From positions 8,079 to 72,078 of the forward strand of contig NZ_CAJXTC010000024.1 in NCBI RefSeq assembly GCF_913060805.1: 64,000 nt of DNA, in the 5' to 3' direction. This DNA comes from an uncultured Draconibacterium sp. (GTDB taxonomy: Bacteria; Bacteroidota; Bacteroidia; Bacteroidales; Prolixibacteraceae). Below are positions 1-10,319 of this stretch, piece by piece. How positions within the stretch are numbered: position 1 is the stretch's first letter; each line of letters begins with the position of its first letter. Below the pieces are notes generated by a model, which was not told where the DNA came from, searched no databases, and worked only from the letters and a program-made list of their open reading frames with translations. Position numbers and translations under genes: made by a program.

Positions 1-1382
1 ATTATTACGGATTGAAAGAAGCATTTGAACACCTGAAGGCGGGGGGAGTTCTCTGTCTGTTTCCGGCAATCGATGTGCACACCAAAGATCCTTATGGTAG
101 TGTAAGCGACAAAGTTTGGCAGTTTCCGGTAGTGAACTTTATAAAAATGGCGCGTGTTCCCGTTGTTCCTGTCCTTTTTCAGGGCACCAACAGTCGGTTA
201 TTGCACTTGGTGGCAAAGATCCATCCGTCGTTAAAAAGTGCGCGTTTGCCCTCGGAGATTTTGCGGAAAAAGCATAAAAAAATAAAGTTGCGAATTGGAA
301 GCCCGATAAAAGTTGACGAGCAGGATACGTATAAAGATGTGTACCAGTTAGGGCGTTTTCTACGTGCTAAAACGTATAGTATGGAGTCGGACATTGAAGT
401 GCGGCGCTTTTTTAATTATGCATTGAAACCCAATGTAAAACCCGATGAAATTATTGATCCGGTTCCGCTGGAGAAGATCAAGAAAGAAATTCAGCTCATA
501 CAATCGAAGTATACGCTATTTCAACTGAAAAATTTCACGGCGTATTGCGCTCCTTCGGCAAAGATCCCGAATATTCTGAACGAGATAGGTCGTTTGCGTG
601 AAATTACTTTCCGCGAAGTTGGCGAGGGCACCAACCGCAGCATAGACATCGATGAGTATGACCTGTACTACAACCAGATGTTTATTTGGGATGAAGATGA
701 GGATCGGATTGTTGGTGCGTATCGTTTGGGAAAAGGCAAGGATATTATGGAACAGTTGGGCCGGCGAGGATTTTACCTTCATTCGCTGTTCCGCATCTCG
801 GAGAGTTTTAAGCCGGTTTTAAAGGAAAGCATCGAGCTGGGGCGCTCGTTTGTAATTAAAGAATATCAGCGCAAACCTATGCCACTGTTTTTGCTTTGGA
901 AAGGCATTTTGTATTTCCTGCTGAAAAACCCGGAATACCGCTACCTGATTGGGCCGGTGAGTATCAGTAATAATTATTCGAAAGTGTCGAAAGACCTGAT
1001 CATTAAGTTTATTATGAAGAACCATTTGAACTGGCGAATGGCTCAGCATATAAAACCGCGCAATAGCTACAAATTTAAAAGCGATAATGTGGATTTGAAC
1101 CTGCTGATGGAAAATATGGAGCACGATATTAACCGGCTCGATAAAACCATTGGCGATTTGGATGAACAGAATTCGGGACTTCCGGTGTTGCTGAAAAAGT
1201 ACATTAAACTCAATGCTGAAATTATTGGATTTAATGTGGATCCGAAGTTTAATAATTGCCTCGATGGACTGATTGTGCTCGACGTTTACAATGTTCCGAA
1301 AAACACGATAGAGTCGCTGTCAAAAGAAGCCAATGACGGCTCCATTCTCGACCGTTTTTACGGCAGCCGTGAAGTAGAATGA
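1..1382 (+). CDS. Bifunctional lysophospholipid O-acyltransferase / GNAT-type N-acyltransferase (OlsF-like aminolipid synthase), 5' end cut by window edge
   Basis: The frame of ORF 12..1382 stays open back to base 3, so the gene enters from the left and the TTG at 12 is not a real start. The N-terminal residues look like the end of a PlsC-type acyltransferase domain (GGVLCLFPA). The C-terminal ~270 aa look like OlsB/hemolysin-like GNAT N-acyltransferases (ITFREVGEGT, DIDEYDLYY, FLLWKG). Confidence 0.65.
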   Translation, partial: YYGLKEAFEHLKAGGVLCLFPAIDVHTKDPYGSVSDKVWQFPVVNFIKMARVPVVPVLFQGTNSRLLHLVAKIHPSLKSARLPSEILRKKHKKIKLRIGSPIKVDEQDTYKDVYQLGRFLRAKTYSMESDIEVRRFFNYALKPNVKPDEIIDPVPLEKIKKEIQLIQSKYTLFQLKNFTAYCAPSAKIPNILNEIGRLREITFREVGEGTNRSIDIDEYDLYYNQMFIWDEDEDRIVGAYRLGKGKDIMEQLGRRGFYLHSLFRISESFKPVLKESIELGRSFVIKEYQRKPMPLFLLWKGILYFLLKNPEYRYLIGPVSISNNYSKVSKDLIIKFIMKNHLNWRMAQHIKPRNSYKFKSDNVDLNLLMENMEHDINRLDKTIGDLDEQNSGLPVLLKKYIKLNAEIIGFNVDPKFNNCLDGLIVLDVYNVPKNTIESLSKEANDGSILDRFYGSREVE

Positions 1383-1453
1383 AAATCAAGGTAAAAGTTA
1401 AAAGTAAAAAGGCAAAAGTAGTAATTTGAGTGCAGCGTCGGGAGCAAAAGTAT

Positions 1454-1488
1454 CTGTCATCTCGACGAGTTCGCGAGGAGAGATCTGT
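1454..1488. repeat. Solo half-copy of the 'CTGTCATYTCGACGA...GAGARATCTG' palindromic intergenic element (full copy at 15004-15082)
   Basis: ctgtcatctcgacgagttcgcgaggagagatctg aligns with ctgtcatttcgacgacgtaggaggagaaatctg at 15004. No inverted partner is found nearby. Confidence 0.5.
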
Positions 1489-1666
1489 GCCAGTTTTCAG
1501 TCTCAGTAGGCAGCTAACAATTTATCAATTTAACAATTCAGCAGTATTGCAATTTGAAAAGTTAACCACAAAGTTGCACAAAGAAGACACAAAGTTTCAC
1601 GAAGGAGAATTAAAGCACTTAAGCATTAAATCATTGGAGCATTCAGCCCCTCAATCCTTCAGTCCT

Positions 1667-1867
1667 TTAAACCTCCTGCAAAATTTTCTGTACACGCCCT
1701 ACTTCTCCGCTTTCGAGCATTACTTTTATTCCGTGTGGGTGGATGGTTGAATTGGTCAATATTCTTTTAACGATACCACAGGTTAATTCACCCGATCGCT
1801 GGTGTTCTTTTTTTACAACGGCTACGTTTAAGCCAACTTTTATATTGCTTCGTTGCTGGTTATTCAT
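1667..1867 (-). CDS. YwbE family protein (DUF2196), 66 aa
   Basis: The small ORF carries the family signature RSNIKVGLNV...QRSGELTCGIVKRILTNSTIHPHGIKVMLESGEVGRVQ. Confidence 0.8.
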   Translation of the reverse strand: MNNQQRSNIKVGLNVAVVKKEHQRSGELTCGIVKRILTNSTIHPHGIKVMLESGEVGRVQKILQEV

Positions 1868-1938
1868 GTGCTAATTTTTTAATTAATGCTTTGCACAAGC
1901 CAGGTAAGTTTTATAGGTAGTTTCTGTGATAAACAACT

Positions 1939-3558
<1,620 letters not shown>

Positions 3559-3600
3559 CTAAATTTGTTTTCAATTTTTGCCCTTTTTTCAAAGGCGGTG

Positions 3601-3608
3601 CAAACGTA
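3601..3608 (-). promoter_or_regulatory. Candidate Bacteroidota sigma-A -7 box (TAcgTTTG on minus strand) for the ABC-F gene
   Basis: Plus-strand caaacgta is tacgtttg on the minus strand, followed by cacc, ~45 nt upstream of the ATG at 3555. It matches the TAnnTTTG consensus. Confidence 0.4.
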
Positions 3609-3700
3609 TACAAATAATTGATACCGGGTGTTAAGCGATCAACAAGTAATCGTGTAGTTAGTCTTAAGTTAACGTGCCGGCCACTATTTATGATTTTTGG

Positions 3701-3731
3701 CATAAAAAAAGTCCGGAAAACCCGGACTTTT
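3701..3731 (-). terminator. Rho-independent (symmetrical, potentially bidirectional) terminator downstream of trpB
   Basis: aaaagtccgg-aaaac-ccggactttt forms a 10-bp stem with an A-run on one side and a T-run on the other, 24 nt after the trpB stop. Confidence 0.7.
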
Positions 3732-3754
3732 CAAAATATTTATGAGAATTACGC

Positions 3755-4954
3755 TTATTCAGGTAAACCATATTTTTCAACCACGAAGTCGATGTCTTTG
3801 TCGCCACGACCACTTAGGTTGATCAGAATCGATTGTTGCTGATTTTCTTTCGCCAGTTTTAAACTGTAGGCAACAGCGTGCGCACTTTCCAAAGCCGGAA
3901 TAATTCCTTCCAAACGACTTAGCTCGTAAAAAGCATCAATCGTTTCAGCATCGTCGGCAACTCCGTAGTTTACTTTGCCCATATCTTTAAGCATACTGTG
4001 CTCCGGTCCAACTCCCGGATAATCCAATCCGCTGGCTACCGAGTACACCGGTGCAGGTTCGCCTTTTTCGTCTTGCAGCGTGTAGCATTTAAAACCGTGG
4101 ATAACGCCAGGTTTCCCGTAAGTTATGGTGCTGGCGTGTTCGCCCAGTTTTGTTCCAACGCCACCCGGCTCAACACCGTGCAGTTCGGTTTCTTCAATAT
4201 CGAGGAAGCCCGAGAACATTCCCATAGCGTTACTTCCACCACCAACACAGGCCACAACGTGATCCGGATTTTCACCGGTCATTTCGAAAAATTGCTCTTG
4301 TGCTTCAATTCCAACAACACGCTGGAAATCGCGAACCATCATCGGAAACGGGTGAGGTCCAACCACCGAACCAATACAGTAGATTGTGTTTATCGGGTCT
4401 TTCAGGTACGCTTCGAAAGCCGAATCAACAGCTTCTTTAAGTGTTTTTAATCCGTGAGAAACTGGAACGACTTCAGCTCCCAAAATTTTCATACGAACCA
4501 CATTCGGGTGCTCTTTGGCAATGTCAACTTCTCCCATGTGGATTTCGCACTCTAAACCAAAATATGCCGCTGCAGTTGCCAACGCCACACCGTGTTGTCC
4601 GGCGCCGGTTTCAGCAATCAGTTTCTTTTTACCCAGGTGTTTTGCCAATAATGCCTCGCCCATACAGTGGTTGAGTTTGTGCGCTCCTGAGTGGTTCAGA
4701 TCTTCGCGTTTCAGGTAAATACGACCGCCGTATTTTGCCGACAAATTCTGGCAGTAATAAACCGGAGTCGGGCGTCCCTGAAAGTGTTTGCGAATGCTGC
4801 GAAGTTCAGAAATAAAATTGTGCGATTTGCTAATGCTGTGGTAGGCATCGGTAATTTTATCCATTTCTGTTTGCAAATCGGGTGGAATAAACGAACCACC
4901 ATATTCCTTATAGAATCCCTCTTTATTAGGGTATTGCTTGAAATAATCAGTCAT
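3755..4954 (-). CDS. trpB: Tryptophan synthase beta chain-like PLP enzyme (stand-alone TrpB)
   Basis: 399 aa with [15 protein letters not shown] (PLP lysine region), [18 protein letters not shown] and [17 protein letters not shown]. No trpA or other trp genes are adjacent. Confidence 0.8.
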   Translation of the reverse strand: MTDYFKQYPNKEGFYKEYGGSFIPPDLQTEMDKITDAYHSISKSHNFISELRSIRKHFQGRPTPVYYCQNLSAKYGGRIYLKREDLNHSGAHKLNHCMGEALLAKHLGKKKLIAETGAGQHGVALATAAAYFGLECEIHMGEVDIAKEHPNVVRMKILGAEVVPVSHGLKTLKEAVDSAFEAYLKDPINTIYCIGSVVGPHPFPMMVRDFQRVVGIEAQEQFFEMTGENPDHVVACVGGGSNAMGMFSGFLDIEETELHGVEPGGVGTKLGEHASTITYGKPGVIHGFKCYTLQDEKGEPAPVYSVASGLDYPGVGPEHSMLKDMGKVNYGVADDAETIDAFYELSRLEGIIPALESAHAVAYSLKLAKENQQQSILINLSGRGDKDIDFVVEKYGLPE

Positions 4955-5066
4955 AGGTTTTTTGAATTTTTTAATTGAACCTACGAATGTAAAATTTTAT
5001 TGCTTTGGGTTGATTCTAAATTAGAATATGAGATGAATTTTTCGTGAATTGATAACACATTGTATT

Positions 5067-5152
5067 GTCCTGAAGGGACAAAACGTGAATAACCATGTGT
5101 GAAACACATGGCAAAAACAACACAGGTGAATTCAGCCCTGAAAGGGTTGAAC
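5067..5152 (+). repeat. Composite REP element, copy A (three-hairpin unit)
   Basis: The unit is gtcctgaagggac, then acgtgaataacc + atgtgtgaaacacatgg, then a spacer, then cagccctgaaagggttgaac. It has the same architecture as the copies at 5694-5779 (inverted) and 5973-6060. Confidence 0.8.
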
Positions 5153-5235
5153 AATATCCTGAAAAGACAAGAATAATACGTTCAATTATCGTAAATTAGT
5201 AGATGTTAACTAATTGAATTTTAAACTTTTTAATC

Positions 5236-5685
5236 ATGTCCAGTTATCGCCAAATCACCTATCACATTATTTTTCGCACGAAACACAGTCAAAAAACATT
5301 AAAAACCGAACATCTAGAGATGCTGTTTAAGTACATCTGGGGAATAATAAAAAACAAAAATTGCCATTTGTACAGGATTAATGGAGTGGAGGATCATATT
5401 CACATTTTAACCGATCTTCATCCCAACATCGCTTTAGCTGACTATGTCAGAGACATTAAAACTGCTTCATCAATCTTTCTGAAAAAATCGGCCCATTTCC
5501 CTGATTTCAAAGGTTGGGCGGATGGTTATGCCGCGCTTACTTATGCGCATTGGGACAAGGACAAACTTATTAACTACATTAAAAATCAACAAGAACACCA
5601 CAAAACAGAAACTTTTGAAGCGGAGTACCGACGGCTTTTGGAAGAACACAATATTCGTATTGATGAACGATACTTTTTGAAGTAA
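5236..5685 (+). CDS. REP-associated tyrosine transposase (RAYT; IS200/IS605 TnpA-like Y1 HUH nuclease)
   Basis: 149 aa. It starts YHIIFRTKH, has the HUH motif in EDHIHILTDL and a C-terminal YIKNQQEHH tyrosine region. It is flanked on both sides by REP-like hairpin repeats. Confidence 0.8.
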   Translation: MSSYRQITYHIIFRTKHSQKTLKTEHLEMLFKYIWGIIKNKNCHLYRINGVEDHIHILTDLHPNIALADYVRDIKTASSIFLKKSAHFPDFKGWADGYAALTYAHWDKDKLINYIKNQQEHHKTETFEAEYRRLLEEHNIRIDERYFLK

Positions 5686-5693
5686 TGAACGGT

Positions 5694-5779
5694 GTTCAAC
5701 CCCTTCGGGGCTGTGATTGTTATCCTGTAAATTTCCACCGGTTTTACCGGTGGTTATTCATATTTAGTCCTTTCAGGAC
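5694..5779 (-). repeat. Composite REP element, copy B (inverted orientation)
   Basis: gttcaaccccttcggggctg ... ccaccggttttaccggtggttattca ... gtcctttcaggac is the reverse-complement architecture of copies A and C. The middle hairpin sequence differs but is compensated. Confidence 0.75.
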
Positions 5780-5972
5780 ATTATTTTTGAATTTGGGTGG
5801 GTGGAAATAATCGCTGCTGCTATCCGCAAAGCGGAAGGAAGTTTCCACTTAGTAGAATTTACGAGTCAACAGTTTACAGGTAGTCCTTTCTGGATATTTG
5901 TATATGATTTTAGATGTAGTAAACTTGTCTCTATAGCTTATCTGCTGGGCAGTTTGCAAGTTACCATGAAAA

Positions 5973-6060
5973 GTCCTGAAAGGACTAAACGTAAATAACC
6001 GTGTGTGAAACGCACGGAAAACATAACTCAATATAACCTCAGCCCCGGAAGGGGTTGAAC
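5973..6060 (+). repeat. Composite REP element, copy C
   Basis: gtcctgaaaggac-taaacgtaaataacc-gtgtgtgaaacgcacgg ... cagccccggaaggggttgaac. It lies immediately downstream of the acyl-CoA ligase stop and could also act as its terminator. Confidence 0.8.
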
Positions 6061-6088
6061 TTATTACAACGCTTGGAAAATGTCAAAT

Positions 6089-7762
6089 TTAATGATACAA
6101 GTAGCGCTTAATCTTTTGAGTGGCCGTTTTTATAAAAGGAGTAGGGTGCGAAATAAAATCCTGAACTTTGGAAAATTTGTTAACCCTTGAATTAATATAA
6201 TCTTTCAACTCCGCGCTTAACTCTTCAATTTTTTCGTCAACATGATGAGAGATTTCCTCCATTTTATCTCCGAATTCAGAACGCATTTCTTTAACTTTTT
6301 GCTCTAGCTCTTCTCGATTAAAATGAACCAGCGCCACCAGTTTTCCTTTTTTCTGAATTACAACCGATTCTACCACATGTCTGAAATTATTGATGATAGA
6401 TTCGATTTCTTCGGGGTAGATATTTTCGCCGTTGGCACCAACGATCATATTTTTCAACCGGCCTTTGTGGCTTAACCAGCCGTCTTTATCAAAAACGCCA
6501 AGATCGCCGGTTTTAAACCAGCCATCTTCGGTTAATACACGTTTTGTTTCTTCCGGATTTTTGTAGTAGCCCAACATTACATTCGGCCCTTTTGTCCAGA
6601 TTTCACCTTCGCCGGTTGCCGGGTTCTGATCATGAATTTTTATTTCGCTGTTGATCACTTTTGGGCCAATGGCTCTAAAACGCGTTGTTGTTGGATTCGA
6701 TCCCGCCACAAGCGGAGATGTTTCGGTTAAGCCGTAACCAATGGCATAAGGAAATTTGGCATCGCGCAGAAAACGTTCCACTTTACCATCAAGTTTGGCG
6801 CCGCCGATACCGAAAAATTCAAGACGGCCACCAAAAGTTTCCATCAGTTTTTTTCCTGCCAATCGGTGAATCAACTTTCGTGTTGGTTTGAACCGGTGCA
6901 TTAAACGTGTAACCGCTTTTTTGTTAATGCCGGGCAAAATGCTGCTTTTGTATACTTTTTCGATGATCATTGGAACAGTAAGCATAATGTGCGGCCGCAA
7001 CTTCTTTAAAGCCGGAAGCAAAACACTTGCGGTTGGCGGTTTGTGCAAATAAGTTACACTGGCTCCTTTGTACATGGCCAGCAAAAATCCGATGGTGTTT
7101 TCGTAGGTGTGCGATAACGGCAGAACCGAAAGAAACTTGAACTCTTCACGAATCTCCTGAACAGCTGCCGACTGTACAACATTTGCTAAAATATTTTTTT
7201 GCGATAGCATTACGCCTTTTGAGTTTCCGGTTGTTCCGGAAGTGTAAATCAAAACCGCCAGTTCATTTTCTTTTGGTTGATAGGCTTTGTTGCTGCTCGC
7301 TTTTTCATCAAAAACCACCGATGTATCTTCAGCTTTTAAAAGATTGAAATCTTCAATCTTTACGATAATATCAAGTGTAGATGTGTCAACCTCTTTTATT
7401 TTATACTGAAGGCTTGAAGAGATAAATAGGACTTTCGACTCGGAATGTTTGATCACATTCTCCAATTCGGCTGGACTAAAATCGGGAAGAACAGGAACAG
7501 CAACAATTCCGGAGCATTGCAAGGCAAAATAAACAACGCCCCAATTGGGCATATTCTGGCTGTAGATAATCACTTTGTCGCCCTCGCCAATACCCAGCTT
7601 TTCCAAAAATGCCTGAACAGCAGAAATCTTTCTACCCATTTCTGCATACGTCAGGTAGTCGCCATCAATAAAGCCCAGTGCTTCATTGCTCGCATAATTT
7701 TTTACTGACTCAGAAATGAAGGAGGAAAAGCTGTCGATTTTATCTCTCTGCATAGTGGCCAC
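6089..7762 (-). CDS. AMP-dependent synthetase/ligase (long-chain fatty acid-CoA ligase-like)
   Basis: 557 aa with the AMP-binding motif LIYTSGTTGNSKGVMLS, plus GYGLTETSP and WFKTGDLG...GRLKNMI. Confidence 0.8.
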   Translation of the reverse strand: MATMQRDKIDSFSSFISESVKNYASNEALGFIDGDYLTYAEMGRKISAVQAFLEKLGIGEGDKVIIYSQNMPNWGVVYFALQCSGIVAVPVLPDFSPAELENVIKHSESKVLFISSSLQYKIKEVDTSTLDIIVKIEDFNLLKAEDTSVVFDEKASSNKAYQPKENELAVLIYTSGTTGNSKGVMLSQKNILANVVQSAAVQEIREEFKFLSVLPLSHTYENTIGFLLAMYKGASVTYLHKPPTASVLLPALKKLRPHIMLTVPMIIEKVYKSSILPGINKKAVTRLMHRFKPTRKLIHRLAGKKLMETFGGRLEFFGIGGAKLDGKVERFLRDAKFPYAIGYGLTETSPLVAGSNPTTTRFRAIGPKVINSEIKIHDQNPATGEGEIWTKGPNVMLGYYKNPEETKRVLTEDGWFKTGDLGVFDKDGWLSHKGRLKNMIVGANGENIYPEEIESIINNFRHVVESVVIQKKGKLVALVHFNREELEQKVKEMRSEFGDKMEEISHHVDEKIEELSAELKDYINSRVNKFSKVQDFISHPTPFIKTATQKIKRYLYH

Positions 7763-7840
7763 AAATATGGTTAAACTTAGCTTTTGTGCAAATATTTGGT
7801 CTTAAAAAATGTTATTGTAAGCTTCAACTTCGATGGCATT

Positions 7841-9052
7841 TTATTTTAGGTATAGATTGCTGTCGCCGTAGCTTAAAAAGCGGAAATCGTTGGTCAAAGC
7901 ATAGTCATAAACTTCTTTCCATTTATTGCCCAAAAATGCGCTGATTAACAGCAGCAGCGTACTTTGTGGCTGGTGAAAATTGGTGAACATGCCCCTGATC
8001 AGTTTAAAATCGTAGCCCGGCAAAATGATGATTTGCGTTGAAAAACGAATGGCTTTTTCGTTATTTTCAACCAGGAAATAAATGATATTCTGCAATGACT
8101 TTTCAATAGAAATATTTGCTTCGTTTTCGTAGGGTTCCCATTGTTTTACCTCGGGATGAAACGGATCGAAACGTTTTTCTTCCAGTTGCAAACCAATCCA
8201 ATACAAACTTTCTAGTGAGCGCACCGAAGTGGTTCCCACTGCAATAATGTTTTTGGGATTTTCCACGAACGAACGTAAAATATCTATCGGAATGATCACC
8301 TGTTCGTGGTGCATGGTGTGTCCTTCAATCGTTTCCGATTTTACGGGCTGAAAAGTTCCGGCTCCCACGTGCAGAGTAATCTCATTGGTTGTAATGTTTT
8401 TATCTTCCAGTTGCGCAATTACCGGATCGGTAAAATGCAAACCGGCTGTTGGTGCCGCCACCGAACCATCGATTTTTGCATAAACTGTTTGGTAGCTTTC
8501 CTCGTCGCTTTCTTCGGTGTCGCGGTTTAAGTACGGCGGAATTGGTAATTGGCCAATGTGCTCAATAATTTCTGAGAAATGGACGCCGCCATTCCACACA
8601 AAACGAATATGAAAAGAGTTTCCTTCTTGTCCGATTTTCGCAGCGGTCAGTTCAATGGTTTTTCCGTCAATTTTAAATGTCTGACTCAAAAAAACTTCTT
8701 TCCATTTTTTTGAATTGCCCACCATACACTTCCAGGTTACTTCTTCGGTTTCCTGAAAAGCTACCTGGTAATCGGCCGGTTCAACGGGCTCCAGACAAAA
8801 GATCTCAATTTTGGCACCTGTTTCCTTGTAAAAAAATAAACGGGCATGAATTACGCGGGTATTGTTAAAAACCAGCTGTGCATCTTCCGGCAGGTAATTG
8901 GCACAGTTCTCAAAAATATCTTGTTTTATTGTACCGTTCTGTCTGATCAATAATTTTGATTTATCGCGCTCAGTAAGCGGGTATTTGGCAATTCGCTCGT
9001 CGGGCAGATTGTACGTGTAATCGCTAATCTTTATGTCTTTGTATCTGTTCAA
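7841..9052 (-). CDS. queA: S-adenosylmethionine:tRNA ribosyltransferase-isomerase
   Basis: The N-terminus ISDYTYNLPDERIAKYPL...SKLL matches QueA, as do AAPTAGLHFT, LHVGAGTFQPV and HQPQSTLLLL. The only in-frame start near the conserved N-terminus is the TTG at 9052. Confidence 0.85.
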   Translation of the reverse strand: MNRYKDIKISDYTYNLPDERIAKYPLTERDKSKLLIRQNGTIKQDIFENCANYLPEDAQLVFNNTRVIHARLFFYKETGAKIEIFCLEPVEPADYQVAFQETEEVTWKCMVGNSKKWKEVFLSQTFKIDGKTIELTAAKIGQEGNSFHIRFVWNGGVHFSEIIEHIGQLPIPPYLNRDTEESDEESYQTVYAKIDGSVAAPTAGLHFTDPVIAQLEDKNITTNEITLHVGAGTFQPVKSETIEGHTMHHEQVIIPIDILRSFVENPKNIIAVGTTSVRSLESLYWIGLQLEEKRFDPFHPEVKQWEPYENEANISIEKSLQNIIYFLVENNEKAIRFSTQIIILPGYDFKLIRGMFTNFHQPQSTLLLLISAFLGNKWKEVYDYALTNDFRFLSYGDSNLYLK

Positions 9053-9073
9053 AACAATTGTCTTTTAGGACTG

Positions 9074-9081
9074 CAAAAGTA
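9074..9081 (-). promoter_or_regulatory. Candidate -7 box (TActTTTG) for queA
   Basis: Plus-strand caaaagta is tacttttg followed by cag on the minus strand, ~22 nt upstream of the queA start. Confidence 0.45.
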
Positions 9082-9100
9082 AGAATTTATTGTTTGCTTA

Positions 9101-9131
9101 GTGATAGCCTCACCCTGAGTGAGGCTATCAC
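9101..9131. repeat. Perfect 13-bp-stem palindrome between the divergent queA and DUF2027 promoters
   Basis: gtgatagcctcac-cctga-gtgaggctatcac. Confidence 0.9.
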
Positions 9132-9143
9132 TGAAAGAAGTTG

Positions 9144-9151
9144 TACTTTTG
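9144..9151 (+). promoter_or_regulatory. Candidate -7 box (TActTTTG) for the DUF2027/Smr gene
   Basis: tacttttg followed by cagg, 17 nt upstream of the ATG at 9169. Confidence 0.45.
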
Positions 9152-9168
9152 CAGGAAATAGGAAAGTC

Positions 9169-10209
9169 ATGATAAAAGTAGGAGATAAGGTTAAGTTTTT
9201 AAACGATGTTGGTGGTGGTGTTGTAACTGGTTTTGTAAATAAGAATACGGTAAATGTTGAAGGCGACGATGGTTTTGAAGTGCCTTGTCTGATTAAAGAG
9301 CTAGTGAATGTAAGTGCGCCTGAGCTGAATGTGAGGAGCGGTACTTCGACACAACATGAAACGCCGGCAGAAGTGCAGCCCGAACCTGAATACATTGAGC
9401 CGAAAGGTGAAATCATAAACGGCAAAAATGCAGCAGAATTTTATTTCTGTTTTGTTCCAACAAATCCCAAAAATCCGCTGTCGGGAGAGATTGAGCTATA
9501 CCTGGTAAACGATAGTAACTACACGGTGCTATTCAATTACTCGTATATAAAAACTGATGGTGTTGAGGCTGTAAAACAAGGCACGGTTCGTTCCAATTCG
9601 AGGGAGAAAATCGATGCCTTGGTTCAGGAGGATTTGAGCGATTTACCTGATTTTGGATTTCAGCTGATTTATTTCCGTGAAACTGAAAGTGAGTGGAACC
9701 TGCCGATGGTGAAGAAGTTCAGAGTAAATCCGGTGAAGTTTTACAAAGAATCTACTTTCCGCGAGAATTCATATTTCAAAAGGAATGCATTGGTGCTGAA
9801 GATTACTTCTGATACCTTTCAGACTGAGTTGGATAAACTGACGCAGGATGATTTCAAAAAGGTAGTTAAAGCCAAAGAAACTGTTGAAGCACCAAAACGA
9901 AAGGAACGCAAGCGCAATGCCGAGGAAGTGGTGATCGATTTGCACATTACCGAGTTGCTCGACGAATCGGAAGGTTTGAGTAACCGTGAAATGTTGGAGA
10001 TTCAAATGGACACTGTTGAATCCGAAATGAATCTGGCTATTAAAAATCACACGAAACGAATTGTATTCATTCACGGTGTAGGGCAGGGCGTTCTAAAACA
10101 GGAAGTAACCAACCTACTGAAACGCAAATTCAAAAAATATTATTTCCAGGACGCGTCGTTTAAGGAATACGGCTACGGCGCTACAATGGTAATCCTACGG
10201 AAAGGATGA
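9169..10209 (+). CDS. DUF2027 domain protein with C-terminal Smr domain
   Basis: The start is moved to the ATG at 9169 (MIKVGDKVKFLNDVGGGVVTGF), because the track start at 9058 crosses the promoter and palindrome. The C-terminal VIDLHITEL...IVFIHGVGQGVLKQEV is Smr-like. Confidence 0.7.
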   Translation: MIKVGDKVKFLNDVGGGVVTGFVNKNTVNVEGDDGFEVPCLIKELVNVSAPELNVRSGTSTQHETPAEVQPEPEYIEPKGEIINGKNAAEFYFCFVPTNPKNPLSGEIELYLVNDSNYTVLFNYSYIKTDGVEAVKQGTVRSNSREKIDALVQEDLSDLPDFGFQLIYFRETESEWNLPMVKKFRVNPVKFYKESTFRENSYFKRNALVLKITSDTFQTELDKLTQDDFKKVVKAKETVEAPKRKERKRNAEEVVIDLHITELLDESEGLSNREMLEIQMDTVESEMNLAIKNHTKRIVFIHGVGQGVLKQEVTNLLKRKFKKYYFQDASFKEYGYGATMVILRKG

Positions 10210-10319
10210 TTGATCAAGGATAAATTCGAAGGATAAATTCGAAAGATGAAAGATTAATGATTAGGGTTTATTGGGGAGATTATGTAATTTGTGAATGTTA
10301 TCACCAATAAACTTTAATC

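Noticed and set aside
1430-1750. Track ORF 1430..1750 (+), 106 aa
   Set aside because: It spans repeat debris and a REP half-site. It starts at a GTG with no promoter-like context, overlaps the 3' end of ywbE on the opposite strand, and has a low-complexity translation.
5801-6031. Track ORFs 5801..5998 (+) and 5849..6031 (-)
   Set aside because: They sit in the REP-containing spacer between the RAYT gene and the acyl-CoA ligase and overlap REP copy C. They have no recognisable motifs and are probably chance ORFs in AT-rich DNA.
9058-9168. N-terminal extensions in the ORF track. This one, 9058..9168, belongs to the Smr gene. Others: 22154..22243 (MFP), 38107..38217 (GH20), 49480..49509, 50465..50509, 53005..53028, 53914..53943, 56481..56498, 21973..22020 (kinase)
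   Set aside because: The extensions begin at non-ATG or upstream codons. They cross promoters or palindromes, or overlap the preceding gene. The internal ATGs are followed by proper signal peptides or conserved N-termini, so the shorter models were used.
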